Positions 1 to 6,751 of a stretch of 28,830 bases of DNA are shown here, piece after piece. Source of the DNA: a virus (lineage: Duplodnaviria > Caudoviricetes); IMG/VR virus record IMGVR_UViG_3300017978_000027, positions 1 through 28,830 of that record; one strand, given 5' to 3'. The translations under genes and the position numbers were made by a program. A model generated the notes under the pieces. It searched no databases and had not been told where the DNA came from. It saw nothing but the letters and a program-made list of their open reading frames with translations. Positions within the stretch are counted from its first letter, which is position 1; the number at the start of each line of letters is the position of its first letter.

Positions 1-164
1 TTGAGTTCCTTAAAAAGTTTTGGATGTAGCGCCTGAAGTTGCCAGACGCGAGACTGTGGGATGCCATCACGTTTCCACAGCCACACAGCCCCACGGCTTA
101 CGCCAAGAAGCCTTGCAAGCTCACTCTGTGAGCCTACTTTGTTGATAATTGTTTGAATGTCCAT
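1..164 (-). CDS. cro: Cro-like HTH transcriptional regulator (stop codon just outside window; not in ORF track)
   Basis: Manual translation MDIQTIINKVGSQSELARLLGVSRGAVWLWKRDGIPQSRVWQLQALHPKLFKEL; classic Cro-type HTH; divergent from the recombination operon. Confidence 0.85.
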   Translation of the reverse strand, partial: MDIQTIINKVGSQSELARLLGVSRGAVWLWKRDGIPQSRVWQLQALHPKLFKEL

Positions 165-260
165 GATTGAAGTGTATAGATAAATTGACAAGAAAACAAC
201 AGATTGAAAAATATTTTTATGTTTGTTGGTTTTTTGCTGTCTAGTTTGCTATATTACATA
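165..260. promoter_or_regulatory. Divergent sigma70-type promoters with two candidate operator sites
   Basis: AT-rich gap. Leftward TTGTTT-17nt-TACACT ending 6 nt before the cro ATG; rightward extended -10 TGcTATATT (247-255). Similar 18-mers TGTCAATTTATCTATACA (190-173, -) and TGTCTAGTTTGCTATATT (238-255, +). Confidence 0.6.
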
Positions 261-299
261 CATCCCGCAGCGCAACGCAAACGGTACTTAGGAAACAAA

Positions 300-500
300 A
301 TGAAACTTAACGACACCACACGCACCTATCCCCGCACTATGCAGGAAGCCTACCCAAACACTTATGACGCTATTGAAGCGCGTCAGCATTGGGAATGGAT
401 GGAAGGCCACCGTTCAGACGTTAGCGAACAAGCTGAATTCTGGGTTTATATCGCCTGCGCTTTTGCCGCTGGCTTTGTTGTTTCACAACTGTGGGGTTAA
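300..500 (+). CDS. Hypothetical phage protein with C-terminal TM helix
   Basis: ATG at 300 after AGGAAA SD (track's TTG start at 204 lies in the promoter); TRTYPRTMQEAYP motif; hydrophobic C-terminus. Confidence 0.7.
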   Translation: MKLNDTTRTYPRTMQEAYPNTYDAIEARQHWEWMEGHRSDVSEQAEFWVYIACAFAAGFVVSQLWG

Positions 501-502
501 TC

Positions 503-679
503 ATGCGACTTGAACTTGACATTGACCAAATCAAAGAATGTGTAGCAATCGTTCTTTCTATGAAACACAACCTGTTAGTCAAAGAAAGCAATTTCACTTA
601 TGACTTGATTGACTTTGATATGCACTTGTTTGGCATTGCTTGCGAAGTGGAAGAACAAATTAACAAGGAAACAAAATGA
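503..679 (+). CDS. Hypothetical protein
   Basis: ATG 2 nt after upstream stop; ATGA overlap with erf. Confidence 0.6.
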   Translation: MRLELDIDQIKECVAIVLSMKHNLLVKESNFTYDLIDFDMHLFGIACEVEEQINKETK

Positions 680-1227
680 AAAACATTGCATCAGCTTTGG
701 TCAAAGCACAAAAAGCCTTTGGCCCTGCACTCAAGACTTCCACCAATCCACACTTTCGCTCAAAGTATGCTGACCTTTCAGCCTGCGTTGAAGCTGTGAT
801 TGACGCGCTTAACAACAACGGCATCTTCCTTTTGCAAAAGAACTACGACTGCGCCGATGGCATCATGTGCGAAACAGTCTTTGTCCATGAATCAGGCGAG
901 ATGCTTGAATGTGGCATTGTTCACTTTCCAGCGGTTAAACGAGACCCACAAGGCTACGCTTCTGCGCTTACATACGCAAGACGCTATTCATTGATGGCAG
1001 CTTGTGGCATTGCTCCAGAAGATGATGATGGAAACAAAGCATCCAACCGTCAAGCATCTCTTGACAGTTCAGCAATGGCTGACCACATCACAGCAATTCA
1101 AGATGCAACTGACGAAGCAACGCTTAAAGCCGCTTACCAAGCTGCGTACAAAGCCTGTGGCACAGACGCTAACTGGCAAAAGAAAATCATTGCGGTCAAA
1201 GATGAAAAGAAAGCGAGTTTGAAATGA
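676..1227 (+). CDS. erf: ERF-family single-strand annealing protein
   Basis: NPHFRSKYADL, HESGE, PQGYASALTYARRYSLMAACGIAPEDDDGN motifs; AAGGA SD. Confidence 0.92.
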   Translation: MKNIASALVKAQKAFGPALKTSTNPHFRSKYADLSACVEAVIDALNNNGIFLLQKNYDCADGIMCETVFVHESGEMLECGIVHFPAVKRDPQGYASALTYARRYSLMAACGIAPEDDDGNKASNRQASLDSSAMADHITAIQDATDEATLKAAYQAAYKACGTDANWQKKIIAVKDEKKASLK

Positions 1228-1475
1228 AAATTTTTCTTAGCAAAGAAGACTATTTAAATTCCTTAATTGATGATTTAAGTGTGATTTGGATTGTTAGAAA
1301 GCATCCATCTTTGCCATATCGAATGGCTGGACACCTTGCCGCTTTTACTATTCACAAAATTTGTTTTAATCATGCAGAAGCCAAAAATGAAGCAGAAGCA
1401 AGAAATAAAAGGTCTAATTATTTGTTCACAGTTCAAAAAATAGATTTGATGAAATTAAGGAAAAAACATGATTGA
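1224..1475 (+). CDS. Hypothetical protein (AT-rich insert)
   Basis: ORF overlaps erf and the exonuclease gene; visibly AT-richer than its neighbours. Confidence 0.6.
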   Translation: MKIFLSKEDYLNSLIDDLSVIWIVRKHPSLPYRMAGHLAAFTIHKICFNHAEAKNEAEARNKRSNYLFTVQKIDLMKLRKKHD

Positions 1476-2100
1476 ACAAGGTTCACCAGAATGGTTTGCA
1501 CAACGCTTGGGAAAAGTGACCGCCAGCCGTGTTGCTGACGTTATTGCTAAGACAAAGACGGGTTACAGCACCAGCCGTGATAACTACATGGCTCAGTTGG
1601 TTTGTGAGCGTATGACAGGCGTTGTAGCAGAATCATATTCCAATGCAGCTATGCAGCATGGCACAGACACAGAACCATTGGCAAGGGCGGCGTATGAAGC
1701 CCATGCTGACGTTTTAGTGGATGAAGTTGCCATGATTACCCACCCAACGATTGAAACCGCTGGCGCTTCTCCTGACGGGCTTGTGGGCGATGTTGGGCAG
1801 CTTGAGATTAAGTGTCCCAATACGGCAACGCACATTGACACTTTGTTGAGCCAAACAGTGCCAGGCAAGTACAACACACAGATGCAATGGCAAATGGCTT
1901 GCACTGGTCGCCAATGGTGTGACTTTGTGTCGTTTGACCCACGGTTGCCAAAAGAACTTCAATTGTTTGTAAAGCGCGTTCCACGTGATGCTGCTTACAT
2001 TGCAATGCTTGAAGAAGAAGTCAAAAAGTTCTTGGTTGAACTGGATGGCAAAATTACGAAACTTAACGAACTGAAAGAAAATAATGGCAACAATTTATGA
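1468..2100 (+). CDS. YqaJ/lambda-exonuclease family 5'-3' exonuclease
   Basis: QGSPEWFAQRLGKVTAS, GASPDGLV, EIKCP, YNTQMQWQM, WCDFVSFDPR motifs. Confidence 0.93.
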   Translation: MIEQGSPEWFAQRLGKVTASRVADVIAKTKTGYSTSRDNYMAQLVCERMTGVVAESYSNAAMQHGTDTEPLARAAYEAHADVLVDEVAMITHPTIETAGASPDGLVGDVGQLEIKCPNTATHIDTLLSQTVPGKYNTQMQWQMACTGRQWCDFVSFDPRLPKELQLFVKRVPRDAAYIAMLEEEVKKFLVELDGKITKLNELKENNGNNL

Positions 2101-2338
2101 AGTAACTGTCCGCTCAGGAACATACCAAAAAGACGGGCAAGAGAAAGTGCGTTATCAGCGCATTGGCAGCGTCATCGAGACAAAGAAAGGGCCAATGCTT
2201 AAACTTGACCAGATGCCATTGGTTGAAGGCGGCTGGCAAGGATGGGCATATTTGTTCACGCCAAAAGAAGGAGACCAGAAGTTTGCACCTGCCAAGCAGT
2301 CAAACGATGGCTTTCCAGATGACGATATGACGTTTTAA
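2084..2338 (+). CDS. Putative small single-stranded DNA-binding protein
   Basis: Follows the ERF/exonuclease genes; beta-rich N-terminus (YQKDGQEKVRYQRIG) and SSB-like acidic tail DGFPDDDMTF. Confidence 0.65.
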   Translation: MATIYEVTVRSGTYQKDGQEKVRYQRIGSVIETKKGPMLKLDQMPLVEGGWQGWAYLFTPKEGDQKFAPAKQSNDGFPDDDMTF

Positions 2339-2345
2339 TTGATTT

Positions 2346-2430
2346 TGGCGAAAGCGGATGCTGTTAGATAACGCTCAACCAAGTGATTCAGTTCATACGG
2401 TGCAGCCCTAACAGATGCAGCGAGTAGCCA
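2346..2430 (+). ncRNA. Candidate structured intergenic RNA with loop-E/sarcin-ricin-type internal loop
   Basis: TGGC-GAAA-GC-GGA-TGC-TGTTAG ... CTAACA-GAT-GCA-GC-GAGTA-GCCA nested pairing fills the largest gap in the rightward operon. Confidence 0.5.
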
Positions 2431-2451
2431 CCAACTTGCAAAGGTAACGAT

Positions 2452-2754
2452 ATGTTTAAATTTTTCAGAGCAAGAGCAACAGACGCAATCACCAGCTTCA
2501 AAGCGGCTGATTCAATCAAAGACGTAGCCAAGATGCACCAAGAAGTCATTGTGGCTTGCCTGCAACGGTTTGGGCCACTTGGCAAAGACGGTATTGCAGA
2601 GCGCACAGGGCTTGAAAGCAATCAAGTTGCCAGGCGGCTTAGTGAGCTTGAAAAGATGGATTTGATAGAACAGACAGGTTTAACCGTCAAATCAAACAGT
2701 GGTCGTTCAGAGCGTGAATGGCGCTTTAAGCCAGTGCAGGAAAAGTTGTTATGA
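2452..2754 (+). CDS. Winged helix-turn-helix DNA-binding protein
   Basis: GKDGIAERTGLESNQVARRLSELEKMDLIEQTG HTH plus wing; AAGG SD. Confidence 0.75.
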   Translation: MFKFFRARATDAITSFKAADSIKDVAKMHQEVIVACLQRFGPLGKDGIAERTGLESNQVARRLSELEKMDLIEQTGLTVKSNSGRSEREWRFKPVQEKLL

Positions 2755-3059
2755 CAGATAAAGAACTGCTAGAACTGGCTGCAAAGGCGGCTGGAATTGA
2801 AGTGTATGCGGTTTATCCTTCTGGTACTGTGCTACGTCATTCACAAGACCATGAAGGGTGGAGTCCACTTACAGAAGATGGTGATGCGCTGCGTTTGGCT
2901 GTGCAGTTGAAACTTGAAATTGAATGGTGGAAAACAGGCGTAAATGTTTCACATCCAGTATATGCACCAATGCCTATTGAACATTTAGAAAATGACCCAT
3001 ACGCAGCAACCCGCCGAGCAATCGTAAGAGCAGCGGCAGAGATTGGAAAGACGCTATGA
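2751..3059 (+). CDS. Phage protein (possibly ABA-sandwich-like)
   Basis: MTDKELLELAAKAAG...WSPLTEDGDALRLAV...AATRRAIVRAAAEIG, recalled as a common phage accessory family. Confidence 0.65.
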   Translation: MTDKELLELAAKAAGIEVYAVYPSGTVLRHSQDHEGWSPLTEDGDALRLAVQLKLEIEWWKTGVNVSHPVYAPMPIEHLENDPYAATRRAIVRAAAEIGKTL

Positions 3060-3109
3060 GCCTTGTACTATTCGGACTTTTTATTGATTGGATGCTAGAT
3101 GACTATTAA
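3056..3109 (+). CDS. Possible 17-aa minigene MSLVLFGLFIDWMLDDY
   Basis: Starts in an ATGA overlap with the upstream stop and overlaps the next start. Confidence 0.35.
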   Translation: MSLVLFGLFIDWMLDDY

Positions 3110-3350
3110 CGCTTTCTCACCGCTGTACGTTGAAACGTATATGCCAGAATTTATGTCTTCTATCCGTAAAGAAGCAGCCCAAAAAGCAAATGGCGTGAAG
3201 TACGGAACGATGGCACGAGCCACACGCGAAAGTGATGGAACAACTAAGTCTAGTCCTTTGAGCGACTTTCCAAAGACTAAGCGCATTTCACTTGAGCCAA
3301 CTGAGTTTTTTACTTATGCAAAGGCAGGTATGCCAAAGGGGGTTAAATGA
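3099..3350 (+). CDS. Hypothetical protein
   Basis: ORF in operon; ATGA overlap with the next gene. Confidence 0.65.
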   Translation: MTINAFSPLYVETYMPEFMSSIRKEAAQKANGVKYGTMARATRESDGTTKSSPLSDFPKTKRISLEPTEFFTYAKAGMPKGVK

Positions 3351-3541
3351 GCGCAGGCGGCAAAGGTCATTCACAGCGACCAACAGACCAAAAGAACTGG
3401 TCAAACGGCTATGACAACATTCAATGGACAAAAGAAGAAGATGAAGAATTTGAACGCATCACCGAAGTACAAGACGGTACTAGCCCCCAACGCACCTTGG
3501 CCCAAGCGCGAAGTGGAAAAGAAACCTTACCGCCAGCGTGA
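3347..3541 (+). CDS. Small hypothetical phage protein
   Basis: GGKGHSQRPTDQKNWSNGYDNIQW N-terminus; coupled start. Confidence 0.55.
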   Translation: MSAGGKGHSQRPTDQKNWSNGYDNIQWTKEEDEEFERITEVQDGTSPQRTLAQARSGKETLPPA

Positions 3542-3686
3542 AGTTGGCTTGAAAACAGTAAGGATTTCGTCAGAAAATGGGTCTTTAGACTATTTCCTGA
3601 AAACACATGAAGAACTTAATCAATCAAAGATTGCCACGAAATCTCGAATCCGTGACAAGTTATCGGGGCGATTCAAGAGTAATTGA
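3441..3686 (+). CDS. Basic hypothetical phage protein
   Basis: LAPNAPWP motif; overlaps the previous ORF by ~100 nt; start uncertain (3411 or 3441). Confidence 0.5.
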   Translation: MKNLNASPKYKTVLAPNAPWPKREVEKKPYRQREVGLKTVRISSENGSLDYFLKTHEELNQSKIATKSRIRDKLSGRFKSN

Positions 3687-3693
3687 AGGCTGG

Positions 3694-3807
3694 ATGGGTC
3701 GTCAACAACGCATTGCAACTGTCAGAGAGCAAAGGCTTTGGCGTTGCAAGCGGTGTGACGAATATTTCCAAACATTAGGCGAAGCAATGGAGCATAGGCA
3801 TGAGTAA
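3694..3807 (+). CDS. Small putative C2H2-like zinc-finger protein
   Basis: WRCKRCDEYFQTLGEAMEHRH; ATG 3694 with GAAGG upstream. Confidence 0.5.
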   Translation: MGRQQRIATVREQRLWRCKRCDEYFQTLGEAMEHRHE

Positions 3808-3901
3808 CATCATTATGATTTCAGCAATCCTTGGTCTTGGCGTTGTTGCCTGCCTTGTTGCATTTATCGTTGTGCTTGCCTTGCTTGTGCATTACGCCTG
3901 A
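3800..3901 (+). CDS. 33-aa hydrophobic single-TM peptide (not in ORF track)
   Basis: MSNIIMISAILGLGVVACLVAFIVVLALLVHYA; GGAG upstream; last gene of the rightward operon. Confidence 0.5.
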   Translation: MSNIIMISAILGLGVVACLVAFIVVLALLVHYA

Positions 3902-4494
3902 AGTACAGCAAGCGCTTGATTGATATGCTTCACGCGATCTTCAAGGCCAATAGTCCCGCCATTAATCTTCTTGGTTAGACCAATCCAATCACCGTTAGCA
4001 GCCAAGCGGTTGCAATCGTGGGTAGACCAAAACCAGCCAGCAGTTAGAGCAGCAAACTTTGGAGTTGCTACTAGGTCAGGCTCCATCACAAAGTCAACGC
4101 CTAACGCTTTTCCAGCGTGAAAATAATTTGCATGACCAGTGAGCTGGATACAGCCACGGCCACGAAAACGATACCCATCTCCAGACGCCTCGTCACGGTT
4201 TCCCATTCGATTTGAGTAAACCATGTTTGCAATTTTTTTAGGATTACCGCCATACTGATTTGCAACTTCTAAAGTAGGAAAACGCTTTGCCCACAACTTC
4301 ATTAAGGTGGCAGCACGATAGTTTAGATTTTCCTCAAGGATGCGAAAGTTGCCGCACTCATGAGAACACTGCCCGATGAAGGCGGCTTGTTTGTTAGGCG
4401 TATCAATCTGAAAACGCTCAAATGTCTCGTTTAAAGCATCTACCCATTGTGGGCCAATGTGCAGCTTTGCTAGTTGTTCAGCGGTTACTGTCAT
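3892..4494 (-). CDS. Endolysin, glycoside hydrolase family 19
   Basis: AAFIGQCSHECG, EENLNY, YRFRGRGCIQLTG, INGGTIGLEDR motifs. Confidence 0.92.
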   Translation of the reverse strand: MTVTAEQLAKLHIGPQWVDALNETFERFQIDTPNKQAAFIGQCSHECGNFRILEENLNYRAATLMKLWAKRFPTLEVANQYGGNPKKIANMVYSNRMGNRDEASGDGYRFRGRGCIQLTGHANYFHAGKALGVDFVMEPDLVATPKFAALTAGWFWSTHDCNRLAANGDWIGLTKKINGGTIGLEDRVKHINQALAVLQA

Positions 4495-4936
4495 TTACTT
4501 GGCTCCTTACTTGCTCGTAGGCTGTGATGCAGGCGTTGAGCTTGTTGATGGCTCTGTCGCCTTCTGCGGCGAGTTCTGCAATAGCTCTAAGAGTCGCTTG
4601 CTCAGATTCGCTTCCTGCTTGGTTATCTCCGCTGGCAGCGGTGGAATTTGCACTCCCTTGTGGGCAACTGGCGTTGAGGCGCACCCTGCCAGAACGAATG
4701 GCAATATCAAGATCAGTTTGTTTTTTGGTGACAACATCATTAGCCTCTTTCAGTTGTGAAGATGTTTGATTAAGGTCTTCAGCAAGTTTTTGCTCTTTAG
4801 CGCGTGATTCTTCATTCAGCTTGGCAATCTCTGCCTGCATCTCTTGATTACGCTCTTTGTAGCCTGTATGTGTGCCGTACTTGTAAGTTCCAAGCACCAC
4901 ACAGATTACGCCAATAATCATCCACGGATTAATCAT
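4478..4936 (-). CDS. Rz: Inner-membrane spanin (Rz-like)
   Basis: N-terminal TM (WMIIGVICVVLG), coiled coil, IRSGRVRL and C-terminal LNACITAY; contains a nested lipoprotein gene. Confidence 0.85.
   Translation of the reverse strand: MINPWMIIGVICVVLGTYKYGTHTGYKERNQEMQAEIAKLNEESRAKEQKLAEDLNQTSSQLKEANDVVTKKQTDLDIAIRSGRVRLNASCPQGSANSTAASGDNQAGSESEQATLRAIAELAAEGDRAINKLNACITAYEQVRSQVNDSNR
4507..4740 (-). CDS. Rz1: Outer-membrane spanin lipoprotein (Rz1-like), embedded in Rz
   Basis: Alternative frame within Rz; signal peptide with lipobox LAGC followed by Pro-rich IPPLPAE. Confidence 0.82.
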   Translation of the reverse strand: MMLSPKNKLILILPFVLAGCASTPVAHKGVQIPPLPAEITKQEANLSKRLLELLQNSPQKATEPSTSSTPASQPTSK

Positions 4937-5393
4937 TTGATGCCCTTGCAAGTGCTAAATGCTCACGCTCTTGATCTGTTTCAAGATGCTCTGGCGGCGT
5001 TGTAGGCGGTGGCGGTGGAGTCCACGATTCATCTAAAGCAGGATTGACCCATACAGGCAAAGCGCCCGATGGGTCGTTAGGCTTTGGGGGCGTTGTGTCT
5101 CCCTTTACCTCTACCTTTGAAGCAATGGCCTGAGAGCCTGCTTGAATACCTTTGCGGCTCATTACGCCACCAATGCCACCAACGACCAGAAGAACAATGT
5201 CGTTCAGCATCTTGGTGTAAGCCATGTCAATAGGAGCCATTGACTTGATTGGCTGGACAACGAATGTCACTGAGTAAAGCAAGGCGATCACAATGAAAGC
5301 CAAGATTAGCGTGACGACAATAACGACAAAACCCCATACTAGGGTTTCAATCTGTTCAACGCTCAGACGATGCGGGTGATTGGGCTGGCTCAA
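4929..5393 (-). CDS. Two-TM membrane protein, holin candidate
   Basis: Two hydrophobic helices and a Pro-rich tail; directly upstream of Rz and the endolysin. Confidence 0.55.
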   Translation of the reverse strand: MSQPNHPHRLSVEQIETLVWGFVVIVVTLILAFIVIALLYSVTFVVQPIKSMAPIDMAYTKMLNDIVLLVVGGIGGVMSRKGIQAGSQAIASKVEVKGDTTPPKPNDPSGALPVWVNPALDESWTPPPPPTTPPEHLETDQEREHLALARASND

Positions 5394-5565
5394 TTTTCTT
5401 CTCCAAGATTGGTGCGACTAAATACTCAGGGCAAGTTTGAGTAAACAAACAACGTGGTTTCTGACACTCTGGCAAGTTGAACTTATCAGGGTCTTGGCAA
5501 ACATAGCGATAACGGTCTTCACATCCAACCATCGCAAAAAGAACAATTGTTAGTAAGTATTTCAC
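5356..5565 (-). CDS. Cys-rich putative lipoprotein
   Basis: MKYLLTIVLFAMVG-C signal II-like peptide; four further Cys. Confidence 0.7.
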   Translation of the reverse strand: MKYLLTIVLFAMVGCEDRYRYVCQDPDKFNLPECQKPRCLFTQTCPEYLVAPILEKKIEPAQSPASSER

Positions 5566-5753
5566 TTTGTCATTTCCTTCAATTCCTCTTTCAGTTTTCT
5601 CAACTCACGAGCCTCTTTTTTAATCTCTGCCTTCATCCATAGCGTATCAACGTAAGCCATGAATGAGAAAGTGAAGACAACCAACAGCACAACTAAAACA
5701 ATCAGGTGTGCCAGAAAGACGCTCGTGCTATCGCTTGATTTTTTACTAGCCAC
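5562..5753 (-). CDS. Small single-TM protein with C-terminal coiled coil
   Basis: LIVLVVLLVVFTFSFMAYV helix followed by a K/E-rich helix. Confidence 0.65.
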   Translation of the reverse strand: MASKKSSDSTSVFLAHLIVLVVLLVVFTFSFMAYVDTLWMKAEIKKEARELRKLKEELKEMTK

Positions 5754-6388
5754 AGAATCAACCCCATAAAAATCAACATCACAACAGCAATCCCTGCATC
5801 CATTGATTTCACTCGCACTTCTTCCATCAGTTCTTCATGCTCAAGCCTTGCAAGCCTGTCTTCACGATCTTGCTTCTCACGAGCCAACCTTTGTTCTTCT
5901 TCAATCTGTTCGCGCATTTCCTCAAACTGCGACCACAAAGCGCCAAGTTCAGGTGGGCTGTGATAAACCATCTGTTCTCTCAGCTCAACCTGCATTGCAA
6001 GTAGCTTCTGCCTCACCATAATGCGCTTTAAAGCCATTCTTTTTAGTGATACATCCTTACCCTGCAACTTCTTAGCTTCTCTCTCCTGTTCCCAAAATAA
6101 AGCCTCAAGCGTATCAAACGCATCAAACATATTTCCAAGCTCGTCACCAATCTTGAAAATAACTTGGTCAGGGTCTGCCTTTGCTATCTCTTGAACACGC
6201 GCCTTCTCAGCTTCAACCTTTTTAGCTTGTTCCTTAGAAACCTTCTTGCCAGAAAATTGAGAGTTAATATCATCAATAATCCCTTTGACGTTTCCAGCTA
6301 CGCCCTTCACTTCTTTGTAAAGAGCGCAGCCTTCTTTGACTAGCTGAAAAGCCGTTGTCGCCGCGAATAACGCAGTTCCAATTGGCAC
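5702..6388 (-). CDS. Coiled-coil protein with C-terminal TM anchor
   Basis: 228 aa, long E/K/Q/R-rich helices, AGIAVVMLIFMGLILWLV. Confidence 0.7.
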   Translation of the reverse strand: MPIGTALFAATTAFQLVKEGCALYKEVKGVAGNVKGIIDDINSQFSGKKVSKEQAKKVEAEKARVQEIAKADPDQVIFKIGDELGNMFDAFDTLEALFWEQEREAKKLQGKDVSLKRMALKRIMVRQKLLAMQVELREQMVYHSPPELGALWSQFEEMREQIEEEQRLAREKQDREDRLARLEHEELMEEVRVKSMDAGIAVVMLIFMGLILWLVKNQAIARASFWHT

Positions 6389-6389
6389 A

Positions 6390-6596
6390 TCACAGACCGA
6401 TTAGTTTTTTGAAGAACTCAGCAGCAGCGCCAGGGCCAAGCAACACAGAAGCAAGAACCGCATAAATCAGATACTGCATTTTGTCCATACGTTCCGCACC
6501 TTTATCAAGGCGGTCTGTAATGGTTTCATACCGTTGAGCGCATACAGCTTCGTGAGTGTCCAAGCGAGCTGCTGTTACTGAAATCGTTTCTGACAT
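6390..6596 (-). CDS. Small membrane protein (XhlA-like/holin-accessory type)
   Basis: RLDTHEAVCAQRYETI coiled coil plus C-terminal TM; GGAG SD. Confidence 0.65.
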   Translation of the reverse strand: MSETISVTAARLDTHEAVCAQRYETITDRLDKGAERMDKMQYLIYAVLASVLLGPGAAAEFFKKLIGL

Positions 6597-6610
6597 TGGT
6601 TACTCCGCTG

Positions 6611-6751
6611 TTATTCGTCTGCTGGCTCAGGCGTGTTGCCTTCTTCCAGCCATTTCAAATATGCTTGGTAGTCTGTGTTGGCGGGGTCAAATGGGATAAC
6701 AGCGTTATCTAAGATACGGACAACATTTTTGTATTGAGTAAGTTTGTACAT
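6611..6751 (-). CDS. Small tail-fibre-associated (chaperone-like) protein (not in ORF track)
   Basis: [46 protein letters not shown]; TAATG overlap with the fibre stop. Confidence 0.75.
   Translation of the reverse strand: MYKLTQYKNVVRILDNAVIPFDPANTDYQAYLKWLEEGNTPEPADE

Noticed and set aside
204-299. N-terminal extension of the first ORF (TTG start at 204)
   Set aside because: Runs through the AT-rich promoter region; ATG 300 has a proper SD
2364-2375. 12-nt match TTAGATAACGCT between the candidate RNA and 6701-6712 (minus strand)
   Set aside because: Same sense as the target mRNA, so not antisense, and a 12-mer match is plausible by chance in 29 kb
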